64,000 nt of DNA from Octopus bimaculoides (lineage: Eukaryota): NCBI RefSeq assembly GCF_001194135.2, contig NC_068986.1:69275338-69339337 (forward strand), in the 5' to 3' direction. The position numbers and the translations under genes are program-made. The first letter of the stretch is position 1. Each line of letters begins with the position of its first letter. The notes beneath the pieces were generated by a model that was not told the origin of the DNA, did no database searches, and was given only the letters and a program-made list of their open reading frames with translations. Positions 52,140 to 64,000 of the stretch are shown here, one piece after another.

Positions 52140-52240
52140 ATCATTAGGCTGCGGCTATTATATATTTCTGAGTCTGGTACTTATTCTACCGGTTCTTTTG
52201 CCGAACCTCTAACTTACAGGGATGTAAACAAATTATCACC
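52140..52240 (-). mobile_element. SINE family A 3' half
   Basis: GGTACTTATTCTACCGGTTCTTTTGCCGAACCTCTAACTTACAGGGATGTAAAC is homologous to 57612-57665. Confidence 0.7.
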
Positions 52241-52305
52241 AATTTCTTTCATGTTCTCGCGAAAGCTTATAAATCCTCAAGACGTCTGTATACATACATA
52301 CGCAT

Positions 52306-52451
<146 letters not shown>

Positions 52452-52479
52452 ATATGTATGCATGTATGTATGTATGTTA

Positions 52480-53100
52480 TTGTGAGGCCGGTAGATCATG
52501 TGGATCGGTACGTACGTTTTTATGTGTTTGCAGGAAGCTTTAAGATAACCACGGGCAGGATGATGTGCATCCATTTTGTGTTTTAGTGAGCGATGATAGT
52601 GTGTTGTGGTGTGTGTATGAGTATGTGGATGACGTTCGAATGAGTTCAAATTTTTTTCTGAGTACTGGTTCACGGGCGAATAGGATAGGGATGCTTTCAG
52701 CTGTACATAAAATTGCAGAGTTTGAGGTCTCCATGATATAGTAGGAATTTGATAATTATAATCTATTTTAAATGACACTAAGTATGGTCTTCTTGAGAGT
52801 TCTACAGCAGCTGGACAGTAAAGTCGCGTTTCTCTTGTAAGGGATTCGGAGAGGTATGTCGGAGATGGTTAAATCAAATCATGAACTCATTGACAGTAGG
52901 GCTCATGTATTTTTTTTTAAGTTCCTCCTCATGCTGCATTTATGAACCTTTCTCTTCCTAAATAAAAGTGAGTTCTGAGGGCATGATGTTGTGCTGGAAA
53001 AGTTACAAGCTCTTTTAGTTCATTTGTTAGGGTTATCAAAATCTGTTTTAAGTCCCTTAAGTATGACGACCTCGGAAGAGACAATAATCTGCGTTTAGTT
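52480..53100 (-). mobile_element. Penelope-like RT N-terminal half, degraded
   Basis: Allowing frameshifts: PQTLQFY..K.SIPI(RP), KNTKWM, KLPANT..RTD..DL..PHN, resembling the PR.P.FY.LPKIHK...RPIVS..IKNT.DF..LVT.DV.SLYTNIPH series. Confidence 0.55.
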
Positions 53101-54599
53101 GAGTGTAATATGTAGTAGTGTATAAGTGTGTTCTTATTAAATATTCTGTGCTAGTGATGATGTTGGGGCATGTGCCGTTGCGGAAATGAGTAGAAGGTCC
53201 AAGCAACGGCGATCATTATTTCCGAGTGGTGCCGGCACTTAACCCAACACCATTACTAGTGCTGTACATACGTTTAGTGCTTAAACGTCTATACGAGAGG
53301 CAAATGTCACTGACAGATGATATACAAACAAAAACGCATAAACACACAGAGACACACATGTATATGCATATGAAAAGGAAAGAGACTGGTTTGTTGGGAG
53401 ACAGAATAGGGATGAAGGGAATGTGACTTGAGGGAAGATTTTTCATGATAAATACACATACCATACAGTTTTCACATATGTAGTATAATAATCTGTAAAA
53501 CTTCGATTGGCTGAACTTGTCTGTATAATTAGAAGACAAAGAATCTCTCCAGAGGCTGGAAAATGCAACATGTGCAGGAAACCATGTCTAGAAAGCTATC
53601 AGATCGATAGCTTTTGGTCTTGATTGCAATATTGCTTTGTTTTATGCTGAGGATAGGTCCGTCCCTAATGTGCTCTTGGTACTTATATTTTTGGCTGCGG
53701 GACATAAATACAGAAATAATATTTTGCACTTACTCTTCGTTGGTAAATATTCTCACACAACTTTTCACTTGTCAAAGGCTCTCATATATCAACTGTAGAA
53801 TTAAACAAGAGTAGATATTTATCGCCAACTTATTGAGTATTAAACGAAAATAGCTACGGATATCATAAAATATATTCCGAAGATGTGTCGCATGTAAACA
53901 GAAATTTGTCAACCATAGGAAGTCGCGAGGTTAAGTCGATTTTAATGGAATGAACTTTAAAAAAGTGTATAATACTTATTAGCAAAATATATATAAGTTT
54001 ATACTTGAAATGTTTACATACTCTTCATTGAAATGGATTATTATTAATTCCTTCTACTTCAAGAGTTTTATGCAAAATATCTTTCAGATTATTTAGCAGC
54101 AAAATAGTCATTCAGTAAGCATATGATAATTTAAGTCAAACTTTCTTTCAGTTTCATATTTTAGTAAATGTTAGTTTCTTTCCTTCCTGGAATAAAAAAA
54201 GAAACTAAGGTCTTCTTTATTTAAAGCCAGATTGGATATGCTTCTAAGCAGTACATTTTTTAAACTTCGTAAATTGGTCCAATATTTATCGAGCTTCTAC
54301 AAAATAACGAAATCTAACTGCATTCGTAATGATTGTTAATGAATTGAAAAAAGCTACTCTGCTGTTTATTAGAAGGAAACTCGGGACTTCAATGAAAATC
54401 AGAATTTTTATAGGACATTCTATAAGTAAAACATCAGGCACTATATTTTTAAAAATCCATAATGAAAATTTGGGTATATTTGTATCACTTAGTACTAGTT
54501 TTTTATCAACATCCATTAATGATCACTTCTTCCATTGAGTTCTCGAGTAAATGTGGTAAATGACACAATATATGCAGTACTTCTTATTGTCTGTCAAAA

Positions 54600-57377
54600 T
54601 CGCTCATTAAATAAAAATTTGAACGAGCTATTACACTGATAACGAACAAACAAAAATTATGGAAAATTATGAGCAACTCAAAATGCAACTAAGAGCAAAA
54701 TTCAAACAAGATTGTACCATTTACAAACAACTACATGAAAGAAAGCTTATGACACGAATCGATAGGAACTATCATCTTGATGTTATCCGTGATCCATCAA
54801 ATTGCTAAGGAACACCTAACACTGATTAAAGCTCCCAGCTTTTAGACATTGAATGTCTTGCTGTACTGTGTGGCAATTACCATTCACCAGCAGATGGGAA
54901 TTATTGCAATCTATCGTAACAGTAAGAAACTCGGAAAAATACTGGACAATTAGATGCTACCATTAAGTGCAAAGGTCACGAGACACTAACGGGGAAGTTA
55001 ATTGCCCTTAAACGTGAACTGACAGCCAAAAGTGAAGACCTTCGATATCATAAGAAATTAAATCTACGAGCAGCATATCGCAGCATGGAAGACCATACCA
55101 TCAATGTAGGAAAAGTCCCCACTATGTATGATCTAGATTAACTTTTGGAAAGGATCTAGTATTTAAACAAACAACATAACTGTGATACAATGCGTTTAGA
55201 TGCGCTACAGTGTGAGTATTGTGCAAACATTTCTCCTAAAACATATATGACCAGTGGAACTCTCTTGACAGTTGTGCCAAATGCCAAACTGAAAACTTGG
55301 AAGGACCTAATAGCCGGTTAATGGTACAGAAAGCTCACGCTACATGAAAGCACTCGTCAACCTGTTCAAATGAACAAGAACTTGATGTGTCAGTCTGATC
55401 GATATTTGCTAGTACATTGCTCGTAGCTAAAAACCGGGAGACGCATGTAGTTAATAGCATTAAGTCTGGAGAATGCTTAAATGTTATACATAAGCTATAT
55501 ACAAGGTGCTTCAATTCTTCCTTCAGAATGATTGCAAAACGCACAATCGGATGACTTATGAGCAAGCCGGAGGAAAGAAAGGAATCTGCAGAAGTGCGGA
55601 ACAGTATTTCATCAACAAAGATGTCCTTAAGGAACCAAAACAACACCGAAGTCTGTTGATTGTATGGCTAGACTATAAGAAGTATTCAACTCTATTTCTC
55701 ATTCATGGATACTTGATTCACTACACTTGCTTAATATTCCAACTACAATAGCCGATGTAATTAAAAGACAACATGATCCACAGGGAAAACAGAACTGAAA
55801 CTATTACTAATAATCATTAGGAGAATTAGGCTATCATCAAGAATGCTTCCGGGTGTCAGCTTATCTATAATGCTTTTCGTTCTAGTGGTGAACACTTTGT
55901 CAGCCTTGTTAAGGAAGTAATAAGATTACATAAGAGGATCAACAGTGAAGAGAAAAAAAATAAAGTGTCTCTTTTTCTTGATGATTTAAAATCCATTCTA
56001 ATAATATTCTCAACACCAAGTGGCAGTTAGAACTTGTACGACATTCTCACGGAACTTACGAATGGGGTTTCGCCAAGATAAATTTTCGGTAGCAAAATAA
56101 CGAAAGATTGTCGACCACTAGCCTGTCTATCTCTCTTCTCTGAAATGATGAATGTTACAAATACCTCGAAATTGATGATAATATTGCCTATGTCGCTACA
56201 ATGATTAACGTTAGAGTGGCAAAAGGAAATATTCGCGTTACCGAAAAGTAATATCGTATTTTCAAGCAAATAGTCTGGCATCATATTACAAATAGTTTAC
56301 AGATCAATAAAAGGTGTACTTGCAACCAACAAATTAGCTTAGAGGTAATGATCAAAATGTGAAAGAGCACACACGCTGTCTGTAATGCTCTGTCTGATAG
56401 CTTATGAAATACTAAGAGTTTCGCGAGCTGCATACTCAGTATTGCATGCTTTACGGATTTCGTAAGGGCAACAGTATAACGTGTGCATTTGAGATGCATA
56501 AACTGATGGTGTGTATTCGGAAATGCCGAAGGTAGTTCAATAAATACAAAAATGGTGACTTGAATTTCTTGATGGGTATTGATCAGGAAGATCAACTGTT
56601 TTCAGTAATGACGCAGTGAAGAGAGCAATTGAAGAGGATCCGTATCAAACTATCCAGGACATATACTGGAGGCTTAATAAATCTTGGTATACTGCAAGAT
56701 CATCTCAAGCAAATTGCCAGAATGTAAGAGAAGGAAGGTAAGTAGGCGCCTCACGATAACACATGGCAATGCAAGGCCATATCCAGCGAAGATAACCCAA
56801 GACAATATTAATTAATTTAGCTGGGAAACTCTACCTCACCCTCCCTACTCACCAGATCTCACACTACCACCATAAGATTTTTCCCTTACTCAGAGATCAC
56901 TTGAACAATTTACAAGCAGAGAAAGACATTCAGATGCAGGCTCTCCAAATATTTTTTCTGTTCTAAGGGACTTGATGCTTTCCTCTAGAGCAATCAGATA
57001 ACTGATTTCGAGGTGGGAGAATGTAATTGCTAACGATGCCGACTATCTTTTGGATGAATAAATATACTTGCGATTAGGTTTTATGCCGATTTGAACTTAT
57101 TACATAAAATATAACATTATTTTCGGTACCCTCGATACTTCAGCAGATTTCGGAAGATATATTCAGAGCTGTCTCATTCAATAAAACCATTTCGCAGTGT
57201 CAGTGCTAGTACCAAAATTTGAGATACTGGACTGGACTCTCGAAGCAACTTGGACATCAGGACTAGAAAGATAGTAGTGACAACTACTGGCGACTTTCAT
57301 ATCAACAATGACACGGATAGGATCTATGTTAAGCGGATGTAGGCAGAGGTATAAGTTTAGTACAGATAGCTTTCGAG
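54600..57377 (+). mobile_element. R4/Dong-clade (RLE-type) LINE RT fragment, interrupted by a mariner
   Basis: CLNVIHKLYTRCFN, EQAGGKKGICRSAEQYFINKDVLKE..LIVWLDYKK (EQ.G..KG...C.EQL..W.DYKKAFDSV), SLFLDDLKS. Resumes at 57138 with YFSRFRKI..SFNKTI..QLDIRTRKI..DRIYVKR..GRGI. Confidence 0.75.
56232..57135 (+). mobile_element. Internally deleted mariner nested in the LINE; related to 22124-23348
   Basis: TIRs TTCGCGTTACCGAAAAGTAAT and ATTATTTTCGGTACCCTCGA; TA at 56230-56231 and 57136-57137; HGNARPY, WETLPHPPYSPDL, RWENVIANDADY. Confidence 0.85.
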
Positions 57378-57379
57378 TA

Positions 57380-57611
57380 CAGGGTTGTATTACAAAGCCT
57401 ACACTTACTGTATAGTAAAGAGAGAATGAATCACATTTGCACTGAACAGATTAGGTGAAAAGCTCCTGAATAGGTATTGTGAGCGTAGCGTGTGATCATC
57501 GCATTGGCCATGACAGGCAAAGTTGAGCAGAGAATCTGCATCAAATTTTGCCAAAAGCTTGGCGATACCTGATGTGTGTGCAGCTGTGAGGGAAAATCGT
57601 CGAATCACCAT
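57380..57611 (+). mobile_element. mariner 5' fragment related to the 16512-17383 element
   Basis: TA-CAGGGTTG start. MTGKVEQRICIKFCQKLGDT is joined by a deletion to DVCAAVRENRRITI. The GTAGCGTGTGATC.TCGCATTG leader is shared with 16681-16710. Confidence 0.8.
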
Positions 57612-57821
57612 CGTACTTATTCTATCAGGCTCTTTGGCCGAACCGCCAAGTTACAGGGACGTAAGNNNNNNNNNNNNNNNNNNNNNNNNNNNNNNNNNNN
57701 NNNNNNNNNNNNNNNNNNNNNNNNNNNNNNNNNNNNNNNNNNNNNNNNNNNNNNNNNNNNNNNNNNNNNNNNNNNNNNNNNNNNNNNNNNNNNNNNNNNN
57801 NNNNNNNNNNNNNNNNNNNNN

Positions 57822-57855
<34 letters not shown>

Positions 57856-58008
57856 GACGTGCTTCTTTCAGTTTCCGTCTACCAAATCTACTCACAAGGT
57901 TTTGGTCGGCATGAGGCTATAGCAGAAGATACTGGCCCAAGGTGCCACGCAGTGGGACTGAACCCGGAGTCAAGTGGTTGGTAAGCAAGCTACTTACCAC
58001 ACAGCCAC
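57612..58008 (-). mobile_element. tRNA-derived SINE family A, near full length, internal microsatellite in an N-gap
   Basis: Head GTGGCTGTGTGGTAAGTAGCTTGCTTACCAACCACTTGACTCCGGGTTCAGTCCCACTGCGTGGCACCTTGGGC with A/B-box-like motifs; 3' half at 57612-57665. Confidence 0.9.
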
Positions 58009-58391
58009 ATATTTTATATACATATATATATATATATACATAAAAGGATATGTATTCAACTAGAAACTTACATATAATTTTATGGGTATAAATATATCTT
58101 TATTCACATCCATATCAAAATACGGAAATTATAATGCACATAAGATATTTACATATTAAATTCTAACTGCACAGAGATGATTACGTATGTTGATAGTCAC
58201 ATAGAAGTTTATGTTCACATATGTCAATACACTGGTATACATAAATGAGCAAATTAAGTCTGTGCTGGCAATAGCAATACATAAATGCTTACCAGTATAA
58301 AACCACCTTCCCTTCAAATAACATTTACATATAGTTATATTAAAATCGTAAAAGAATAATATATGTGGATAAAAATATTAAAATAAAATGA

Positions 58392-58760
58392 AAGGGTTGC
58401 ATCCTGGTTTTGTTCCAGTTTTGCGAGAATTCCAGTTCTAAATTCTGCGTCCTTTTCGGCGGTAAGTCCCAGTGTAAAAATCAGGCATTTCAACATAGCT
58501 GGCGTTAATTCGTCCAGTCTGAACTTCTCGCATTCCCTGTTTACTCTACCAGCATATTTGATGTAGTCCTCGTCGTTGCTTTTCTCTAAGTTCAGACACT
58601 TCTAACGTATGTCGAACAATAAGTTTTTTTGCTGAAAATTTTGCACAATATATATATTGTGTCATTAAAGTTTATGTCCGAAGGTTTTCTTGGGAGTACA
58701 TAATTACTGCATCGTTCATGTTCTGTTGCGTTTATTATAAAACGCAAAGTCCAAACACAC
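58392..58760 (-). mobile_element. Ty3/Gypsy LTR-retrotransposon gag-region fragment (K02A2.6-like polyprotein N-terminus)
   Basis: NATEHERCSNYVLPRKPSDINFNDTIYILCKIFS(fs)LFDIR*KCLNLEKSNDEDYIKYAGRVNRECEKFRLDELTPAMLKCLIFTLGLTAEKDAEFRTGILAKLEQNQDATL. No LTRs seen. Confidence 0.75.
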
Positions 58761-58871
58761 GGATTTTGAACTTGGAACATAGACGCAAAGTACTGCATAT
58801 TCTTACGAGTGCCTCTCAAGTGATTCTGTCTGCATGCCTATCCCTCCCTACACATTCGTGCATGCGTACTT

Positions 58872-58931
<60 letters not shown>

Positions 58932-58947
58932 ACACCCACACACACAT

Positions 58948-58980
<33 letters not shown>

Positions 58981-59042
58981 AATTGATATATGCATATGTA
59001 TATATATATGTGTGTGTGCGTATGTGTATATATTCATAAGTA

Positions 59043-59073
<31 letters not shown>

Positions 59074-59131
59074 TAAATACATATATACATATATGTATAT
59101 GTATATGTATATGTATATATATATATATGTG

Positions 59132-59170
<39 letters not shown>

Positions 59171-59266
59171 ATATATATACATAAACGTGTGTATGTGTAT
59201 ATGTGTATGTATGTATGTTTGTATGTATGTATGTATGTATGTTATGTATGTATGTATGTATGTATG
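58872..59266. repeat. Compound (CA)/(TA)/(TATG) microsatellite field
   Basis: Directly visible. Confidence 0.95.
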
Positions 59267-60307
59267 TGTAAACGTTTCTATGCGTTTTATGGGTCAGGAG
59301 ACAAACATTACTTCTGCGAAAATTTCCAACTGAATTTTTATTTGTAAGTGTTTATGTTATCAGTGCTTTGGAGGGGGAAAAATAAGTATTTTTTCACTAG
59401 ATAAAAAAATGAGACAATTGCTGTTCTAAGAATTGCTGATATCGTGTTTGGAGAAACCTTAACGGTGTTATGTCAAAAGAATGGGATGAATTTTCGTTGG
59501 GTGTGACTCTAATTGATTTTCTTTTCTGAAATAACCCAAAGAAAGTGCGTAATCGTGAGAATGCTGAATAAAAGTAAGCACTTCTGAATTTTATAGTTGG
59601 GGTATTTTAAGAAACATTTCTAGCACGAAAAGAAAAGAATAGAAAATGCTCTCTGAAATAAAATTGAATGAAACCATACTAAAGGCAGGCATGGTAATAA
59701 TTTTCTGTGTTTTGAGAAAAGTAGAGCGGAGAAGTTGTAAAAAAAAAAAAAAAAAAAAATTAAACCATACGGTTAGAAAACAGAGAATATTAAGTGATTT
59801 AAATTAAACAAGTTAAGATTTATTTCGACTGGAAGATATGAAATGATGCTGGGACATTGCGAACAATTGTCAACAGATTGTGTATAGAGCACAGGGAAGG
59901 GGTTACTTTCACACAAACTCATTATACGTATTAAGCCATAAAAAATACTCAACAGCTACTTCATTCAATATAGTTCAAGTAGGAGAAGAAGCAACCCCAA
60001 ACGTAATTCTGTTGTGACAAGAGCCAATTTAAAGTTTAAATATTTCTGACGACTCTTATTTTTTGATGATATATCAAACAATAATCATATTTAAAAGAAA
60101 AGTAGGACGACTTCTGTGGCCTTAAAAAAATAACAAAAACGTGAGATTTATGTTTAGAAAACAATGGTGAGCTCGGGTGAACATTTCGCTACATGATTGT
60201 AAATGGCAATAGAGTGCCGTGTGACATTAAAAAAGAGTGCTAAACAATCATTAAGTCGTTTCTAATTATCGTCATGAGTTTGTGAATGTTGCTTCATCTC
60301 TCGCCAT

Positions 60308-60380
<73 letters not shown>

Positions 60381-61052
60381 GTATATATATATGTATGTGT
60401 GTGTGTCTATTTATGTATACATATATAGAAGTATGTTTATATACATACACACCACACAGACACACACAAACATGCGTGCGCGCACGCACACACAAACACA
60501 CACACAAAGAGCTCTCCAGATTAATTCTACTACGAACAATTAATGTTCATTGAGAAAGATGTAAATGCTTTCTTAGTCACAGAAGCGGAGATGGGGGTAC
60601 TTTTAAGGGTAGGTTACTTGTTTCGGTTTCGTCCCATAGTGCGCTTGGGCGTAAATATTCTAGCCAGGTAGTATTCCAAAATAATTTAGTACATATTGCC
60701 AGTATGTTGATGAACTAGACAATAGGGAACAGGCCGAATGCTCTGCTAAATTCTAGCAGTGGATTTGATATTGAACTCATGATCTAAAGTCCAATATCAT
60801 TGCTAATAAACCATTTTGGTACTAGTGAATTTTGGTTCATTTACCATAAGTACATTTACATTTTATTACAGTCTTTTGTACGAAATGCTGAAATATTATC
60901 TCTGCATACATTTTCCTAATGTCTTTACGTACCTATTTTATAATTCCTTCCAAGACATTATTTCTTAAACTAGAATAAAACGGAAAGAGAAAAAAGTCAG
61001 TCATTTTAAGGATCTATAAAATATCCTATAAAATTTGTAACTTGGATAGAAG

Positions 61053-61062
<10 letters not shown>

Positions 61063-61132
<70 letters not shown>
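61063..61132. repeat. (TATC)n microsatellite
   Basis: Directly visible, about 17 units. Confidence 0.97.
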
Positions 61133-61133
<1 letters not shown>

Positions 61134-61449
61134 GCTTCCCAACGTCCCACTTAATTTTTCTCTCCCCTCTCTCTGTGTATATACGTGTGTGCGTGTTTGT
61201 GTAAGTGTGTGTGTGTGTCCCTCTACGAGCGTGCGGAAAGCGCGTGTATGTGTACGTATGCCTATGTCTGTGCGTGAGCGTACGATTTCTTCATTGGTAT
61301 TAGTCATAGGAACACGACCAAAGATTTAGTAGACTGTATCGATCCCAGTATATATTTTTATCGATTAGTTTTTGTCGACTAACACACATAAAGGGAGTCA
61401 AAGTAAGTCATAGCAGGAGTGGTAATCATAGATACAAGCGTGGATAATG

Positions 61450-61481
<32 letters not shown>

Positions 61482-62290
61482 NNNNNNNNNNNNNNNNNNN
61501 NNNNNNNNNNNNNNNNNNNNNNNNNNNNNNNNNNNNNNNNNNNNNNNNNNNNNNNNNNNNNNNNNNNNNNNNNNNNNNNNNNNNNNNNNNNNNNNNNNNN
61601 NNNNNNNNNNNNNNNNNNNNNNNNNNNNNNNNNNNNNNNNNNNNNNNNNNNNNNNNNNNNNNNNNNNNNNNNNNNNNNNNNNNNNNNNNNNNNNNNNNNN
61701 NNNNNNNNNNNNNNNNNNNNNNNNNNNNNNNNNNNNNNNNNNNNNNNNNNNNNNNNNNNNNNNNNNNNNNNNNNNNNNNNNNNNNNNNNNNNNNNNNNNN
61801 NNNNNNNNNNNNNNNNNNNNNNNNNNNNNNNNNNNNNNNNNNNNNNNNNNNNNNNNNNNNNNNNNNNNNNNNNNNNNNNNNNNNNNNNNNNNNNNNNNNN
61901 NNNNNNNNNNNNNNNNNNNNNNNNNNNNNNNNNNNNNNNNNNNNNNNNNNNNNNNNNNNNNNNNNNNNNNNNNNNNNNNNNNNNNNNNNNNNNNNNNNNN
62001 NNNNNNNNNNNNNNNNNNNNNNNNNNNNNNNNNNNNNNNNNNNNNNNNNNNNNNNNNNNNNNNNNNNNNNNNNNNNNNNNNNNNNNNNNNNNNNNNNNNN
62101 NNNNNNCAATCTGCACCCAATATATATATATATAATAATTTTCCAGAGGATGTAGCAACCGTTACCAATATAGCATAAGAACTTACCTAAGTTTGGCACA
62201 GAAATGTTAACATAGAGTGGTGAATAAATCGATATATCGAGTTTGAAGTCTCTGTCTCTTTTGAATATGAAAATTTAAAAGTTAAAAACC

Positions 62291-62327
<37 letters not shown>

Positions 62328-62339
62328 CAAGCAGGGGAG

Positions 62340-62640
62340 TGAACCTGTACCATTTTTCAGCCACGAGATTACCAGACCGTACGGTTTTGAGCTCTTTGTG
62401 CTCATCCTCGGTGGTGGATACCCGTCTGCTAGAGATAGCAGTAGTTCAACTCTTGGAAGTGCAGAGTAGTAGGTTTTTAGAGAAGAAACTCCACTCTATG
62501 GAGGCTGGGTCATATCCAGCTTGTGACTCCTGCATACCCATCTACTGCAATATTCTGTGCTATTGATTGCATTGTAGCTCTCCTGGATGGTCAAGGTACC
62601 CTAGATGCAAGATACTATTGGTGTTGTAAACCGTTCAATC
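62340..62640 (-). mobile_element. Probable Penelope-like 3' end (pseudo-LTR) remnant
   Basis: GC-richer island next to (TA)n, carrying the hammerhead motif at 62371-62415. No clear protein motif. Confidence 0.45.
62371..62415 (-). ncRNA. Minimal type I hammerhead, all stems intact, two core substitutions
   Basis: ACCA-CCGAGGA-TGAGC acaaaga GCTC-AAAA-CCGTACGG-T-C-TGGT: stem I ACCA/TGGT, stem II GAGC/GCTC, palindromic stem III, GUC. Core has U4>C and G12>A. Confidence 0.7.
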
Positions 62641-63530
62641 GGAGACGCCATTAATATTGCGTAAATATAACGACGTAAAGAGAGAACAATTGTAATTATT
62701 ATTAGTTTGATGTGAATAAGAAGCAAGAAAGTTGAAGAGTCTTTGACGTTTTCTGCTTAAGAACTTCTTGAGATAGCAATATAAAAGGAAATGCATGGAG
62801 AATGGGGGGGAAACAGGAATAATGGGGAAATCATATTCATCTGTATCCGGTGACGTCATAAACGGATAAAGGTAGAATGAACGGAAGTGAAGAAGGAAGT
62901 AAGAGGTTTCATATGTGCGAGAACAACACAAAAAAGTTACTGTCGGTTAATGTACTCGATTACGTGTTTGATTATGTATGTGCATCTCGATGTATGTCTG
63001 TGCCCTAATTCCTATGTGTTTCTTTCATTGTTATTTTGTTCATTGTGAAACAAATTATACCTGGTTTATGGATGTACTGTCATACGATGTGTATGTGTCT
63101 GTGTGTGTGCGTGCATGTATTTGGGTATTAATGTCTGAGTACGTGTTTAAATGTGTGCTTGTGTGTGTGCGCGCGTGTTTGCGTGTGTGTATGTGTGTCT
63201 GAGTACGTGTTTAAATATGCGTGTGTATATGTGTATGCACACGTCAGGGTATTAACTGTATTGGGAGTGTGTATGTTTGTCTGGTATAGTTGTGGGTGTC
63301 TATAAATATTTCGTTGTTTTTATTGTGCTTGTTTCTGAAGGCGAGTATATATGAATGTATGCTGGGATATATGATTGTGTGAGTCTCTCTCTATTTATAA
63401 TTCCATGTTTCTGCACCATTTCATTATATATATGTACGAGCATTTGAAATTGACTTGTGGTAAATGGGTATATGTATATATATAGGGAAGAGGATTTGAA
63501 AATGCCGAAGTGTTTTAAAGATGTTTATTG

Positions 63531-63573
63531 ACTTGACCGGTTTCACTTCTCTTAAAAAAGGATTTTCAAAAGT
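63531..63573 (-). ncRNA. Degenerate minimal hammerhead motif followed by AATAAA
   Basis: ACTT-TTGAAAA-tcctttttaagagaagt-GAAA-CCGG-T-C-AAGT-caataaa. Stems I and III are intact; core and stem II are decayed. Confidence 0.55.
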
Positions 63574-64000
63574 AAAATGTAAGGCTTTGTGTAGCCTTTG
63601 TGGTGTTAAAAAATAGTTAACACAGATGTATTAAAATACAGTGACAGAATCTTTGACAATGATAAGAAGATATTAAAAAGGGCTGTGTTTAAACAGTTTA
63701 CATAAAAGTGTTCAAAATAGGCAATAAAATAAATTCATAATTATTTATAAGTTCATCAAAAATTATGATTGTTTGTTAGCACATATATATATATATAAAA
63801 AAAATTCTAGACAGTATTTGATAGGAGAAAGCTCGTATTGTTTAGTCAAATTTTTATCAGAAATCATATTTAAATATTTATACAGAATTTTGGGGGAATG
63901 ACCAACCTTTTTTCTTCATCTTCAGTCAAAGCAGGAGTGGTAAAAATAGATACAAGCGTACATATAGCTTTGGATATATATATATATATATATATATATA

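Noticed and set aside
53591-53616. 9-bp hairpin AAAGCTATC-agatc-GATAGCTTT as a terminator
   Set aside because: Eukaryotic context and no associated gene; an isolated short palindrome is expected by chance.
57937-58008. tRNA-like A/B boxes read as a tRNA gene (also 4433-4520 and 39990-40082)
   Set aside because: No complete cloverleaf, and they continue into SINE bodies repeated across the window.

Overview
This is AT-rich, microsatellite-dense eukaryotic DNA from a gapped short-read scaffold; about 14 N-runs, nearly all flanked by simple repeats. The SINE families and repeat landscape look like an octopod cephalopod such as Octopus (inference from remembered repeat families, no database search). 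I found no intact, recognisable host protein-coding gene, rRNA, tRNA gene or CRISPR array. Most ORFs in the supplied track are artefacts of microsatellites or N-runs. The window is a transposon graveyard. DNA transposons: one DD41D/rosa Tc1-mariner, several mariners (one a fold-back built from two 5' ends), one maT/DD37D-like element, one hAT/Buster-Charlie element and MITEs. Retroelements: RTE, Tx1 and R4/Dong-type LINEs, Penelope-like elements (PLEs), a Ty3/Gypsy gag fragment and many tRNA-type SINEs. The most notable signal the ORF track does not explain is a set of about seven minimal type I hammerhead-ribozyme-like motifs, all on the minus strand. The one at 38248-38292 has an intact catalytic core and lies in a roughly 225-bp structured non-coding element flanked by (TA)n.
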